Source of the DNA: Candidatus Latescibacterota bacterium
Lineage (GTDB): Bacteria > Latescibacterota > UBA2968 > UBA8231
Length of the DNA: 64,000 nt
Direction of reading: 5' to 3'
Assembly: GCA_963422735.1 (NCBI GenBank)
Contig: OY730476.1
Coordinates: 864,001-928,000 of the forward strand
Position 1 is the first letter of the stretch; each line of letters opens with the position of its first letter. The notes beneath the pieces were generated by a model. That model saw only the letters and a list, made by a program, of their open reading frames with translations, had not been told where the DNA came from and did not search any database. Made by a program: the position numbers and the translations under genes. Shown here piece by piece: positions 47,993 to 58,350 of the stretch.

Positions 47993-50231
47993 CCACGCTC
48001 AGAGAGATGCGACGCAAAGGGCGTATTTTGCGCTCGATCGTCGCGTAGTAATACTGCAGCGCATTGTCCACCCGCAGGTTGAGCCGCAGGGGGCCTAGCT
48101 GTCGGCTTAGCTGCACGTCGAGCAAGTAAATGGGCACATAGTCGCGCCCGCACTCGGCAAAGAGGCCGGATACTCGTTCAAAACGGCTGAGGTATTGGAA
48201 GTTTACCTGCCCACTCGTGGGGCCGCGCTCCCCTTCCAGACCCAGATTGAGGATGTGGCGCGACCGGTAGGGCAGCGGTGCCTGATCGCCGTAGTCGCCG
48301 TGGCAATAAGGCGGTAGCACTTGGTCCGCATCGAGAAACTCCACGCCATCAACCAAGGTATAAGCCGCCCTAGCCCCCAAGCCCAGCGGCAAGGCACCCA
48401 AGATCTCGCTTTCAAACCCGGCGACCCGCGCCCGCGCCAAGTTCAGGAAGCGAGCTACGGGCACGGCCCCATTGGCATAGGGGTCTGGACGCCCCTCAAT
48501 CAGCCCGCGGTACTCGTTCCAAAACAGGGCCATATCGAAGGCTAGCCACTTTGCCAGCCCCTGCTTAATCCCGACCTCGCTAGACCAAGCCTGTTCGGGA
48601 TCCAAGGCGGGGTTCGGGCAAACCCGGATACCAGAGGCCTCGGCCTGAGAAAAGACCTCAAATACCGAAGGCACGCGAAAGCCGCGGCCGAGCGAAGCCC
48701 GCAGCGCGGTCGCCTCGGACAGCCGATAGGAAAAGCCGACTTGGGGGCTAAATTCCCCAGTGCTTTTACTCTCGACCGGCGGTGCCCCGCACGGCCCGCC
48801 CGTCAGCCCAGCGGCCGCGGAGAGCCGACTCCAGTCGTAGCGCAACCCCACCGTCCACTCGGCCAGCGGACTGAGTTCGTACACGCCTTGGGCATAGCCA
48901 GATACGGTCATCAGGGAGCGCACGCCGAGGAAATCGCTGGGCGAGCGCACCAAATCGGCCGTCGAGGCCAGCCCCAGCGTCCAATTCCAACCGCGCAACC
49001 CCGTATAGTCGAACTGACCTTCGCCCGACAGCTTGTTACCTTCCGAGGCCAAGCTCCCAGCCGCCGCGTTGTTGGCAAAATCCGTGCGGTAATACCCCAG
49101 CTTGAACCGATAACCCAACTCGCTGCGTACCAAGTGGTAATACTCGGAATTGAGGTGCAGCTTCCACGAGGTGGTGTGGGCCGGGGCGTCGTTGGCGGGC
49201 ACGGCCAGCGGCTGGCTGCGGTCGCGCCACTGGACGAAGACCCCGTGGTCGTCCAGTGCCCAGTGGCCCATCACGCGCCAATAGCTCGTCGGCGAGAAGC
49301 GATGCACGGCCTTGGCGTAGAGATGATAGCGGCGGGCATCGCCGTTTTGGTGGTACCCCGTGCCCCGGTTGTGGCCCCCGCTCAGCGCCAAGCCGGTCCG
49401 GCTCCAGACCCGATTGTGGCTTATGTCAAACCCGAGAAAGTGCATGGGTTTATCGCTCCAGCGCCACTGGCGGTACGCTGGCTGACTATACAGCCCGCTG
49501 AGCAGCCGAAAGCGGGTGCCCGACGGACTCGCCGGATCGCGGGTCAGCACGTTGATTACACCGCCCAAGGCCCCCGTGCCGTACAGGGCCGAGCCAGCCC
49601 CTTTGACCACCTCCACGCGCTCGATTTGCTGCAGGGGCACGGCATCCCACTTAATGTCGCCCAAATCCGACGACAGCAGCGGAAATCCATCCACCAGCAT
49701 CAGCAACCGACTGCCCGTGCCGCGACTGAAGCCGCTCGACCCGCGGACGACGGGCTGGCTGCCTACTTGGCTGATGCCCGAGACATAGCGCAGGGGGCCG
49801 GTCAGCGAGAAGGCGTTGTGAGCGGCGATGCGCTCGGCATCAGCTACTGAGATGCTAATGGGGGCTTGGGCAAAGGTCTGGGAGCGGCGAGCAGCGGAAA
49901 CGACTAGCTCAGGGACTTCGACGGCCGTAGGTTCGAGGGAGACGACATGCTCCTCCTCCCCGGGCGCAATGCCGTGCAGGGTGTGCGAGCGATAGCCAAT
50001 ATGCGAACAAAGCAGATCGTAGCGGCCGGGAGGCAAGCCCTCGACCCGGCCGCGTCCCTCTTCGTTGGCGTAACTCCCAAATTCCGTCCCCAGCACCGCC
50101 AACGTCGCTCCGGGCAGCGGGGTTTGGTCGCCAGCGTCGAGGACGCGAACCGCGATATCAGCGGCCGAACTCGGCCAAGAGTTCAGCAGGCAAAACGCGC
50201 TCGCACAGAGCAGTGCTAAGCTCGGTCTCAT
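47979..50231 (-). CDS. TonB-dependent receptor
   Basis: Signal peptide, carboxypeptidase-like N-domain, plug (VRGS..LVDG...IERVEVVKGAGSALYG..ALGGVINV), barrel with GFRVPS..E, LDPEQ. Confidence 0.9.
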   Translation of the reverse strand: MRPSLALLCASAFCLLNSWPSSAADIAVRVLDAGDQTPLPGATLAVLGTEFGSYANEEGRGRVEGLPPGRYDLLCSHIGYRSHTLHGIAPGEEEHVVSLEPTAVEVPELVVSAARRSQTFAQAPISISVADAERIAAHNAFSLTGPLRYVSGISQVGSQPVVRGSSGFSRGTGSRLLMLVDGFPLLSSDLGDIKWDAVPLQQIERVEVVKGAGSALYGTGALGGVINVLTRDPASPSGTRFRLLSGLYSQPAYRQWRWSDKPMHFLGFDISHNRVWSRTGLALSGGHNRGTGYHQNGDARRYHLYAKAVHRFSPTSYWRVMGHWALDDHGVFVQWRDRSQPLAVPANDAPAHTTSWKLHLNSEYYHLVRSELGYRFKLGYYRTDFANNAAAGSLASEGNKLSGEGQFDYTGLRGWNWTLGLASTADLVRSPSDFLGVRSLMTVSGYAQGVYELSPLAEWTVGLRYDWSRLSAAAGLTGGPCGAPPVESKSTGEFSPQVGFSYRLSEATALRASLGRGFRVPSVFEVFSQAEASGIRVCPNPALDPEQAWSSEVGIKQGLAKWLAFDMALFWNEYRGLIEGRPDPYANGAVPVARFLNLARARVAGFESEILGALPLGLGARAAYTLVDGVEFLDADQVLPPYCHGDYGDQAPLPYRSRHILNLGLEGERGPTSGQVNFQYLSRFERVSGLFAECGRDYVPIYLLDVQLSRQLGPLRLNLRVDNALQYYYATIERKIRPLRRISLSVDGAL

Positions 50232-50670
50232 GGTCCAGCACAGCGAAATTGATCTCAATGTCGATACCGGTGGCAACCTCTCCGGGGCCGATTTCCACCG
50301 GCGCGGGGCGGTCGGCTTCGGGGAGATGATAGCAGCCCAAAAGCGAGGTAAAGTCCCAGAATTGGTCCTCCTCGCGCCAAGCCACGATAATCCACTGATA
50401 TAGGCCTTCCCCGTCTAAGGGAACGAAATAGTTATATGACTCGGCTCCGAGCACGACCTCGGTATCCCAGCCGTTGATTCTAAAAAAATCGGCAAGCGAA
50501 GCCGGTGGCTCGCGATAGACGGCCACGGCCACCTGTCCCACATTCGCGGGCCACTCGCCAACAAAGTGCAGCCGACCGGCGATTCCGGTCTGCCCGGTGG
50601 CCTCGGCATTGAGACCGCGATCGCAGCCCCAGCACAAGGCTAGGGCCGCGATCAAACGCCAACATCGCAC
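50158..50670 (-). CDS. Hypothetical lipoprotein
   Basis: ALALCWGC signal; co-oriented in the operon. Confidence 0.65.
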   Translation of the reverse strand: MRCWRLIAALALCWGCDRGLNAEATGQTGIAGRLHFVGEWPANVGQVAVAVYREPPASLADFFRINGWDTEVVLGAESYNYFVPLDGEGLYQWIIVAWREEDQFWDFTSLLGCYHLPEADRPAPVEIGPGEVATGIDIEINFAVLDHETELSTALCERVLPAELLAEFGR

Positions 50671-50676
50671 GGCCTA

Positions 50677-51192
50677 CTATCCAGCAGCCTCGGCAGCGGC
50701 AGCAGCGGCGGTAGCAGCAGCCGAGAGTTCGGCAACGTCAAATTCTGCGCCGTCAATGGCTATCGTCCCGGTGGCCGATAATTCGGTGCCCTCGATCGCG
50801 ATCGCCATATCGAGTACTAGTTCGGCTTCCTGCGATCCAGAAAGGGTCACCGTCCCACTCAACGGAACGGGCGTCTCGGTCACGCCGACGTTCAAGGTGC
50901 CGTTGATTATCAACGAGCCGTCGGGTGAGAAGTCCTGCAATGTCCATTCGTTGCCGGCGATTTCCACCGAGCCGCCGCCCTCCCCTTCCACCGACGTCCC
51001 ACCGACCGCCACGGCGAAGAAGACATTCTGAAAACTGGAAACCAGCGTACCGTACAGACCTACGACTTCAGGCGTTATCTCAGCCACCGGTTCCGGCTCC
51101 ACCGGCGTGGATTCGTCGTCGTCGCCACAAGCGGCCAGCATCAGAGCACTGCACAGGACTAGGGCCGTGGCTTTATCCAACCATTTGCACAT
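50677..51192 (-). CDS. Acidic hypothetical lipoprotein
   Basis: Lipobox LAAC then GDDDEST; RBS AGGAGG. Confidence 0.75.
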   Translation of the reverse strand: MCKWLDKATALVLCSALMLAACGDDDESTPVEPEPVAEITPEVVGLYGTLVSSFQNVFFAVAVGGTSVEGEGGGSVEIAGNEWTLQDFSPDGSLIINGTLNVGVTETPVPLSGTVTLSGSQEAELVLDMAIAIEGTELSATGTIAIDGAEFDVAELSAAATAAAAAAEAAG

Positions 51193-51265
51193 GATACGAT
51201 CCTCCTAAAGGGATTAAGTGCGCCGAGCCGTGCCCAACGCACAGATTGTAAATAGGTTGCCCCGC

Positions 51266-52372
51266 TCAAGCGGCAATCTCGCACGCCCGAGCGTAGCGCA
51301 CTAGGGCTTTTTCGTCCAGCACACAACCCAAGCCCGGCTGCATGGGCGTGGGCACAAAACCCTCGGCAAAGGGGATCGGCTCGACAATCAGGTCGTCCTC
51401 GCGGGTCCAGCTCCCCACAAAGTCGGAAGCCATCGTGCAGTTGGGCGCGGCCGCGGCCGCGTGGACGTACGCGGTATCGACAATGCCCAAGTCGTTGCCC
51501 GAGCCGTGCCAGCAGCGCAGGCCCGCCGCCGCCGCGATGGCCGCGTTCTTCTGAAAGCCCACGAGGCAGCCGCCCAAATTCAGGCAATCGACGACTTCGG
51601 CCTTGATGGCACCGATGATAGCTGGCCCGCTCCCCAAGTGCATGGCCACCGGCAGGTCAATCGCCTCGTGGATCTGGACGTAGCCTTGCAAATCGGATTT
51701 GGGAATTGGGTCTTCAAAAACCTCGACATTGCCCACCTCAGCAAGCTGCTGGGCCAGTTCAATCGTCTGCTCAGCCGTATGGAAGCGCTCGTTGGGATCG
51801 ACTGTCACCTTGAAATCCACTCCGCCCACCTCGCGCATGGCCTGGAGCCTCTCGACCATCGGCTCCTCAATTTTGCACTTGATCTTGACGCCTTTAAACC
51901 CGTGCGCGAGCGCACGCTCGACCGCCCGCTTGCCGTCTTCCGGCGTCTGGTGCCCCATCCAGTAGTCGGCCCGCACTCGGTCGCGCACCGCGCCGCCCAA
52001 AAGCGCGTGTACCGGCACTTGGCGAGCCTTGCCCACCAAGTCAAAGATCGCCATCTCAAAGGCGTCGTACGCCGGGCCAGCCCCCACCGTCGGCAACTCC
52101 TCGGTCCCGTCGTGGCGGTCGGCGAAAATATCCTGCATAGTTAGAGCTTCGGGATCTTTGCCCAGCAGCCGGGCCGCCCCTTCCCGGACCTGTTCTATCG
52201 GCACGCCGCGCCCGGTCTCGCCCAAGCCCGTCAGTTCGGTATCCGTATTCAGACGCACGATGTGCTTGGGCATTTGGTCCCACCCAGTCTCGGCGACCCA
52301 TTCCGGGCTGTGTACCCGCCCGGGGATCGTCGGCACCACTACAGTCCAAATATCGACAGACGTTATTTTCAT
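51266..52372 (-). CDS. Mandelate racemase/muconate lactonizing enolase-superfamily protein
   Basis: FDLVGK...PVHALLGG, KIK, VDPN, FEDP. Confidence 0.87.
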   Translation of the reverse strand: MKITSVDIWTVVVPTIPGRVHSPEWVAETGWDQMPKHIVRLNTDTELTGLGETGRGVPIEQVREGAARLLGKDPEALTMQDIFADRHDGTEELPTVGAGPAYDAFEMAIFDLVGKARQVPVHALLGGAVRDRVRADYWMGHQTPEDGKRAVERALAHGFKGVKIKCKIEEPMVERLQAMREVGGVDFKVTVDPNERFHTAEQTIELAQQLAEVGNVEVFEDPIPKSDLQGYVQIHEAIDLPVAMHLGSGPAIIGAIKAEVVDCLNLGGCLVGFQKNAAIAAAAGLRCWHGSGNDLGIVDTAYVHAAAAAPNCTMASDFVGSWTREDDLIVEPIPFAEGFVPTPMQPGLGCVLDEKALVRYARACEIAA

Positions 52373-52398
52373 GGTACCCCTGCGTGAACGCCGTTAGG

Positions 52399-52596
52399 CT
52401 ATTTGCTGAAAATCTGAAAGAGAATCCCCACTACAGAGACCAATGCCGCAGCCACCACCACAAACAGCACTTGGCGAAGCTCGCGAATATCCTGGCGCAA
52501 TTCGCGGATATCGCCCTTCAAGTCTTGGTGATTTTCCGTGACGCGACGCTCTAAAGACTCAATTTGTTTGTCTCTCAATTCCTCAACAGTTGCCAT
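52399..52596 (-). CDS. Small coiled-coil membrane-anchored hypothetical protein
   Basis: DIRELRQDIRELRQ plus C-terminal TM; RBS AAGAGG. Confidence 0.6.
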   Translation of the reverse strand: MATVEELRDKQIESLERRVTENHQDLKGDIRELRQDIRELRQVLFVVVAAALVSVVGILFQIFSK

Positions 52597-52671
52597 TACT
52601 TTTGCCTCTTTTTGATTCAGGCAATTGACTACGCACCCGAAAGCACCAACGCGAAGAAACGCTTGCAATTT

Positions 52672-53736
52672 TCACGGTATAAAACTCGCCTTTTCATCGA
52701 CGGCCAGCGCGAACTCGGCCAACAGCTGTGCGGTGTGGTCCAAGTCGGCCAAGGACGCGACCTCGACCGGCGTGTGCATGTAGCGCTGCGGCACACTGAC
52801 CAAGCCAGTGGCCACCCCGGCCCGACTGAGCTGGATGGCGTTGGCGTCCGTGCCCGTGCCCCCTGGATCGGCTTGGATCTGATAGGGTATTTTCTTCTTT
52901 TTCGCCACCTGCACCAGCCGCTCGTACACAACCGGGTTGGCGTTGGCCCCGCGCAAAATGACCGGGCCCCCGCCCAGCTTGCATTCGCCGACTTGGCGCT
53001 TATCGCTATCTGGATGGTCCGTCGCCCAAGTAACATCCACGGCAATGCCCACCAGCGGATCGACTCCGTACGCACTGGTCTTGGCCCCGCGCAGCCCCAC
53101 TTCCTCCTGCGCGGTGGCCACCGCATACACAGCGGCGCGGCACTCGCGCTTGGCGCGGCTTATCCGCCGCAGCACCTCGGCGACCACCCAAGCACCGGCC
53201 TTATTGTCAATCCCCCGCGACACCACCAGCCCGTTGCGTAGCTCCTCGAAATTGGCGTCGTAAGTCACCGGGTCGCCGATGGCCACTAGCTGCTGAGCCT
53301 CGTCCGCGTCGGCTGCGCCGATATCGATCCACAAGTCGCGTTTGTTCGGCACCTTGAGCCGATCCGCTTCCTTCATCAGGTGAATGGGCTTTTTGCCCAA
53401 CACGCCGAGGATTGGCCCTGCGGCCGTATGAATGCGCACCTTGCGGCCTGGCACGATCTGCAAGTCAAAGCCGCCGATGGTGTCAAAGTACAGATAGCCT
53501 TTGTCGTCGATGTACACGACCTGGAAACCCAACTCGTCGACGTGCCCAGCGAACATGATCTTGGGGTGGCCGGCCTCGTTGTGGACGCCGATGGTATTGC
53601 CGTGGACATCGACATCGACTCGGTCGGCGTACTTTTCCACTGTGGCCTTCCACACCGCCCGCACCGGCCCCTCGTAGCCCGAAGGACTGGGGGCACTGAG
53701 TAGATCGACGAGAAATCGCTTGGATGCTGGACGCAT
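52672..53736 (-). CDS. M42-family metallopeptidase
   Basis: PSGYE, AGHVDELG, IDNK, AQEEVGLRGA, GTDA, RYMHTPVE. Confidence 0.92.
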   Translation of the reverse strand: MRPASKRFLVDLLSAPSPSGYEGPVRAVWKATVEKYADRVDVDVHGNTIGVHNEAGHPKIMFAGHVDELGFQVVYIDDKGYLYFDTIGGFDLQIVPGRKVRIHTAAGPILGVLGKKPIHLMKEADRLKVPNKRDLWIDIGAADADEAQQLVAIGDPVTYDANFEELRNGLVVSRGIDNKAGAWVVAEVLRRISRAKRECRAAVYAVATAQEEVGLRGAKTSAYGVDPLVGIAVDVTWATDHPDSDKRQVGECKLGGGPVILRGANANPVVYERLVQVAKKKKIPYQIQADPGGTGTDANAIQLSRAGVATGLVSVPQRYMHTPVEVASLADLDHTAQLLAEFALAVDEKASFIP

Positions 53737-53751
53737 AGGTCTCCTTTTATA

Positions 53752-55206
53752 CTATGATGTAGTCGGTTTGCAGCAGGTGCCGATGGCGCAGATCGCCGCG
53801 TTGACGCCGAGACCAATCACCCCGGCGTGAAAGCCCCATATCATCGGTTTGCCCCCCAAGGTCAACCCCAGTGCCACCGCCAGCCCGCAGACCATGCCGA
53901 TCAGCACCGTCCGCGCCGAAAGCCGCTTCGAGTACAGCCCGAAAAAAAAGCACGGCACAACCTGGATCAAGACCTCGAACTTCAGCTCCAGCAGCCGCAC
54001 CAAGGTCGCCTTGGTGCCAATCGCCATTGCGACCAGCAAAGCGACGATGATCCACGAGCATATCTTGCCCACCTTCGTCAGCTCGGCCTCGGTGGCCTGC
54101 GGCCGGAAATACGGCAGGTACATGTCCTTGGTGAACATCGACGAGATTGACAACAGCGCCGAGTCCGCGGTGGACATCAGCGCCGCCAGCACCGCGGCAA
54201 AGATCGCCACCACCAGCCAGTAGCCCAGCACAGACTCGCTCATCACCAGCGCACAGAGCCGGGCCAGCACTTGGTCACTTTCGGCTTTGCTCAGATCGGG
54301 CAACACCACCGCGGCCGTCAAGCCGCACACCAAGGCCACCAGTGTAGTAGTCAGCGGCATAAAGGCCATCAGGATCAGCGATCGCTTGAGCACCGCGACC
54401 GAGCGGCTGGCGTACAGCCGTTGGATCGCCTGCGGGTAAATGGCCGCCCCGCAGCCCAACAGCAGCGCGTAGCTGATCCACTTGTTGGCCCCCTCCAGAT
54501 TCGGCGCTTGGACCTTGGGCGGATCCATTTCGCTCAGTTGGCTCACCACCTGCCCCAAGCCTCCCCCAAGCTCCTGCGGGATAAGAAAGACCAAGATGCC
54601 GAATCCCAACAGCAGCACACCTCCCTGCATGACATCCGTCCACGCCACCGAGCGCATCCCCCCCAAGGTCTCATAGACGACCATAATCACCGCCAAGCCG
54701 ATAATGCCGTAGCTGCCGGGGACCGCGCCATCGGTAATCCCCTCGACGGCCGCGCCCATCGCCTTGAGCTGAGCCAGCGCGTAGTTGCCCAGCGCGTAGA
54801 TCATCAAGACTGTGCTCAGTAGCGTCAGCACCGGCGAGCGGAAGCGATGCGTAATGTAGTCGCCAGGGGTGATAAACCCCTCCTTGCGTGCCAGCGCGAC
54901 CAAACGCGGGGCAAAGAGCATGTAGCCGACGATGACCGAGAACATAAAGAGTACCGACGCCGTCCACTCAAAGCCGATGCGGTAGGTCTTACCCGTGTAG
55001 CCAAAGAGCGTATTGCCGCTGTATTGGGTTGCATACAGCGTCAAAAAGAGCACCAACAGGCCCATCGAGCGCCCCGCCAGATAGAAGTCGGCCATGCTGT
55101 TGGAGCGGCGGCGCGTGCGCGCAATCCACCCCACGCCGATCATCGAGACCAGGTACAGCCCCACCGCGATGAGTGCGCCCGGACCAAACACCATGCCGCC
55201 CATCAC
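53752..55206 (-). CDS. Sodium:solute symporter family protein
   Basis: DFYLAGRSMG, ATQYSGNT, GGMRSVAWTD..Q, AALMSTADS. Confidence 0.9.
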   Translation of the reverse strand: MMGGMVFGPGALIAVGLYLVSMIGVGWIARTRRRSNSMADFYLAGRSMGLLVLFLTLYATQYSGNTLFGYTGKTYRIGFEWTASVLFMFSVIVGYMLFAPRLVALARKEGFITPGDYITHRFRSPVLTLLSTVLMIYALGNYALAQLKAMGAAVEGITDGAVPGSYGIIGLAVIMVVYETLGGMRSVAWTDVMQGGVLLLGFGILVFLIPQELGGGLGQVVSQLSEMDPPKVQAPNLEGANKWISYALLLGCGAAIYPQAIQRLYASRSVAVLKRSLILMAFMPLTTTLVALVCGLTAAVVLPDLSKAESDQVLARLCALVMSESVLGYWLVVAIFAAVLAALMSTADSALLSISSMFTKDMYLPYFRPQATEAELTKVGKICSWIIVALLVAMAIGTKATLVRLLELKFEVLIQVVPCFFFGLYSKRLSARTVLIGMVCGLAVALGLTLGGKPMIWGFHAGVIGLGVNAAICAIGTCCKPTTS

Positions 55207-55451
55207 TCTTCCTCCTTGTCATCAATCCAGTAGCGGTGGATCACCCAGCCCGTCCAAAGCGCCAACAGCAGCACCGCCCCCAGCGACACGGCCACCCACA
55301 GCGGAAAGCCCAACACCAGCGGCCCCCGATACCCCTCGGGCCAATACCAAGGAACGGCCAGCGCGTAGAGCAGCAAATAGACGATCCAGACATAGCCGAC
55401 CTTGCGCGGCTCAGAGACGAGTTGTTCTTGAGAGTCATTCACAAACAGCAA
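55203..55451 (-). CDS. Small membrane protein accompanying the symporter (DUF3311/DUF997-like); start may be GTG 55442
   Basis: PWYW...LGFPLW, two TMs, ATGA overlap with the symporter. Confidence 0.7.
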   Translation of the reverse strand: MLFVNDSQEQLVSEPRKVGYVWIVYLLLYALAVPWYWPEGYRGPLVLGFPLWVAVSLGAVLLLALWTGWVIHRYWIDDKEEE

Positions 55452-55452
55452 A

Positions 55453-56400
55453 TCAAAGCGCAGACACTGGAATTGACAAGGCCGCTTCCGCCAGCGGCAG
55501 CGATTGTTCGGCCAAGCAAATCACGTCGCCGCATCCTACGGGCCTGTCTAATTTTTCTAGTGCTTGGAAGTGGCGGATGTGGTTTTTATTGGGAGAAGCG
55601 GTCTTTTTAAACTCCAGCGGATAGATCGCGCCGTCCTGCAGAATGAGCAGATCAACTTCTTTGCCGTCTCGGTCTCTGTAATAATAAAATGGGGCTAGGC
55701 GACCGTTGTGCCGGTAGCTTTTCAGCAGTGTTTAGCATTTGCCCGGTTCGGGCCGCAGCCGACCTCAGAAAGCGGAGAAAGGACAGCTCATCGCCTACTC
55801 AGGCGAGGTCGCGAATATCGCGCTGGAGGTAGGTCTGCAAGTAGGCATTGTAAAAAAGGCCCCAATCCATTTGCTCATCCAGTGCAACAGCGGGAAAATC
55901 GCCGCGCCATATAAGCCTGTAGAGCTCCTTTAAGCCGAGAGATCCGCCCGTGCAGACCCTATCGCCCATAGCGTCGGGGGTCGGCAAAACCTTGCTCATC
56001 CGCTCGCGCCTTGAAAGCCCCAAAAGCTGCACAATGCCCACTCGCCCAGCCAAGGATTCGGATACGCCTTGCATCAGGTGGAATTGCTGAGAACCTGTAA
56101 GCCAAAACTGGCCGGGCGTGCGCTCTCGATCTACAGCCATTTTGATATGGGGTAACAGCTGTGGCGCGTACTGGATTTCGTCGATGAGCACCGGCGGCGA
56201 GAACCGCTGCATGAACAGGGGGTCTTCTCTCGCCAAGCTCTATACAAGGGGATCGTCCAAGGTAACGTATGTGCGGTCTGGTTTGCTTGCATGCTTGAAC
56301 AGGGTCGTCTTGCCGACCTGTCTGGCTCCGCAGACCATGAGTACGGGGAATCGACAAGACGCAATGAAGGCTTCAAGAGTTCGGGCAACGTACCTATTGG
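55453..56400 (-). pseudogene. AAA+ ATPase-DUF4143 pseudogene
   Basis: GARQVGKTT, in-frame TAG near 56240, IDEIQYAP, LTGSQQF, ESLAGR; broken middle; C-terminal YYYRDRDGKEVDLLI...PLEFK. Confidence 0.82.
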
Positions 56401-56540
56401 CATTTATCGGCTAATTTGCAGTGCGATTGCAAATCAGCCGACCTTTAGACACTGTCAAGAGGAGCAGCACTGCTGTTGCCCGGAGCTAGTGGATTGGAGT
56501 TATGCGGTCTAAGGTATCAGACGGCGGGTGGATCGGACAC

Positions 56541-57090
56541 TCAAAATACATCGGCCATCTTCAACGCAAAGCCTTGCAATGTCGGCGAAGTCAATGTCGC
56601 CCCTTCCCCGTAGGTGTCCACGACATCGAAGCCGCGTTCGCCGCGCCGCAAGACCGTTATCGTTTTGGCGACGGTGTCCACCATCCAGTACTCGTTCACG
56701 CCATGTCTGGCATATAGCGTGCGCTTGAACGTCCTGTCGCGTTTAGCTGTGGAGGGAGATAGGATTTCGACGACCAAGTCCGGCGCGCCCTGAATGTTCG
56801 CGGGAGTGATGATGTGACCGCGCTTATTGGAGACGAACAGCAGATCGGGCTGCAGCACGTCCACATCCGACAGCACCACGTCGAAGGGTGCATCATAGAC
56901 CCCTCCCAAGCGATGCTCATTCACAAACTGAAACAGTGTCGATCCTAAGCGGGATGGAAACTCTCTGATGCAGTTCTCCAGGAGCAGGAATCATAACCAA
57001 CTCTCCGTCCAGAAGCTCGTAGCGTTTGTCTTCCGGCGTATTCAGGTAGTTTTCGTAGGTAAACTTGACTATGGGACTGGGGATAGTCAT
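56541..57090 (-). pseudogene. Frameshifted Uma2/DUF820 nuclease
   Basis: MTIPSP..KFTYENY...RYELLDGEL.M.PAP..LHQ and QPDLLFV..GAPDLVVEILSPST lie in different frames (span 550 nt). Confidence 0.85.
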
Positions 57091-57158
57091 GGTTGCCGTC
57101 CTCTCTCTGGTGATGCACTGCTTGCGTGGCACAGACTTGAGCCTAATCTGCTTCCGGC

Positions 57159-57457
57159 TCACGCTACCGCCTGTAATCTTTTTCTCGCGACAGAAGCCCC
57201 GTGCGGATGCCTTTCGCCACACTCCCACGGGCTCACCAGGCCCGCCGGGACATTCAGATAGCGGGCGAAAACCGATTGACTCACCTTCTCGCGTAGCCGG
57301 ATTTGCCGGATCTGTTCGGCGTCAACGCTTCGACGGGCGTCAGGCACATCTCGTCGAATGTCTTCATGGTCATTTTGTTCATAACGCCCGCCTCATGAAG
57401 CCCAAGAGCCGTCTCGTGTACGGTCGCCAATACCTCGCTTTTGTACTGTTCACTCAT
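57159..57457 (-). pseudogene. Frameshifted HigA-like HTH antitoxin
   Basis: MSEQYKSEVLATVHETALGLHEAGV..K.TMKTFDEMCLTPVEALTP, then a frameshift near 57320; IRQIRLREKVSQSVFARYLNV continues in another frame. Confidence 0.82.
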
Positions 57458-57824
57458 CGCAGATAACCTCCGCGATCGTTCCCTTCTTCACCGCTACCCT
57501 CAACTCTTTATTGTCGAGGACAAGCATCTCGCTGGCAAGTTTGCGAAAAGCTTGCAACTCGTCCCGCTGGATGTTGTCTCGGTCACCCTTGGCGAAACCA
57601 TAAACGAAAAACGCCCTTTCGGCCCGCCGGAAGAGTATAGTGCTTCGGTATCCACCGGACTTGCCCTGCTCTTTCCGTGCCAGACGCTGCTTGATTACAC
57701 CGCCGCCCAGATCAGCATCAACGAGTCCCTTCTCGGCCTGCCGAACAGCCTTGCAAAGCTCTGCCTCGGCTATCCTCTTGCGGTTCGCGAAGCGGTCAAA
57801 TGGCTTGGTCTTAAAAACTCGCAC
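57450..57824 (-). CDS. RelE/HigB-family toxin
   Basis: MRVFKTKPF.RFA, DADLGGGVIKQR.AR..QGKSGGYR, FFVYGFAK.DRDNI. Confidence 0.88.
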   Translation of the reverse strand: MRVFKTKPFDRFANRKRIAEAELCKAVRQAEKGLVDADLGGGVIKQRLARKEQGKSGGYRSTILFRRAERAFFVYGFAKGDRDNIQRDELQAFRKLASEMLVLDNKELRVAVKKGTIAEVICDE

Positions 57825-57926
57825 CTCGCTCCACTGTTGGCTCAGTACCGAAACCGAGGGGTCCAGCTCTCTTTCAACGCCTCGTCAGAGTCTTCGCCCT
57901 CGTCCATATAGACTTCATCAACAAGA

Positions 57927-58275
57927 CTAGGACATGTGAGAACCGTCAATACGCGCCATTACTTCCTCCCATGCGGTGATTGACCTTTGGCCGCCAAACC
58001 AAGCCGTGATGTCAACCTCGCCTTCGGCTTGGTAGAGCGCGATATAAATCTCGTAACTCGGGTCCATATCGCGGTTGCAGACCTTGGTCATAACCAAACC
58101 AAAAGGCTTGAAGTCGTTGGTGACGGTCTGGTCCGCGAGGAACAGCACCCGTTTGACCTTCTCGGCTTTCCATAATCGCCATATAATCTGAAAAACCGAG
58201 AACGTCTTGCCGGTGCCGGTGGCCATGACTATCAGCGCCCGGCACTGTCCCCGCGTAATGGCTTCGACTACGGCG
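57927..58275 (-). pseudogene. Fragment of a type I restriction enzyme R subunit (EcoEI-like HsdR)
   Basis: [36 protein letters not shown]...RVLFLAD; only about 100 aa. Confidence 0.75.
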
Positions 58276-58350
58276 AGCGGAAGGTTCGTCTACGTCTATA
58301 CATCTAGTAAAATAGCAAATAGTCAGCGCACTTTTTCTCGCCACGCGAGC

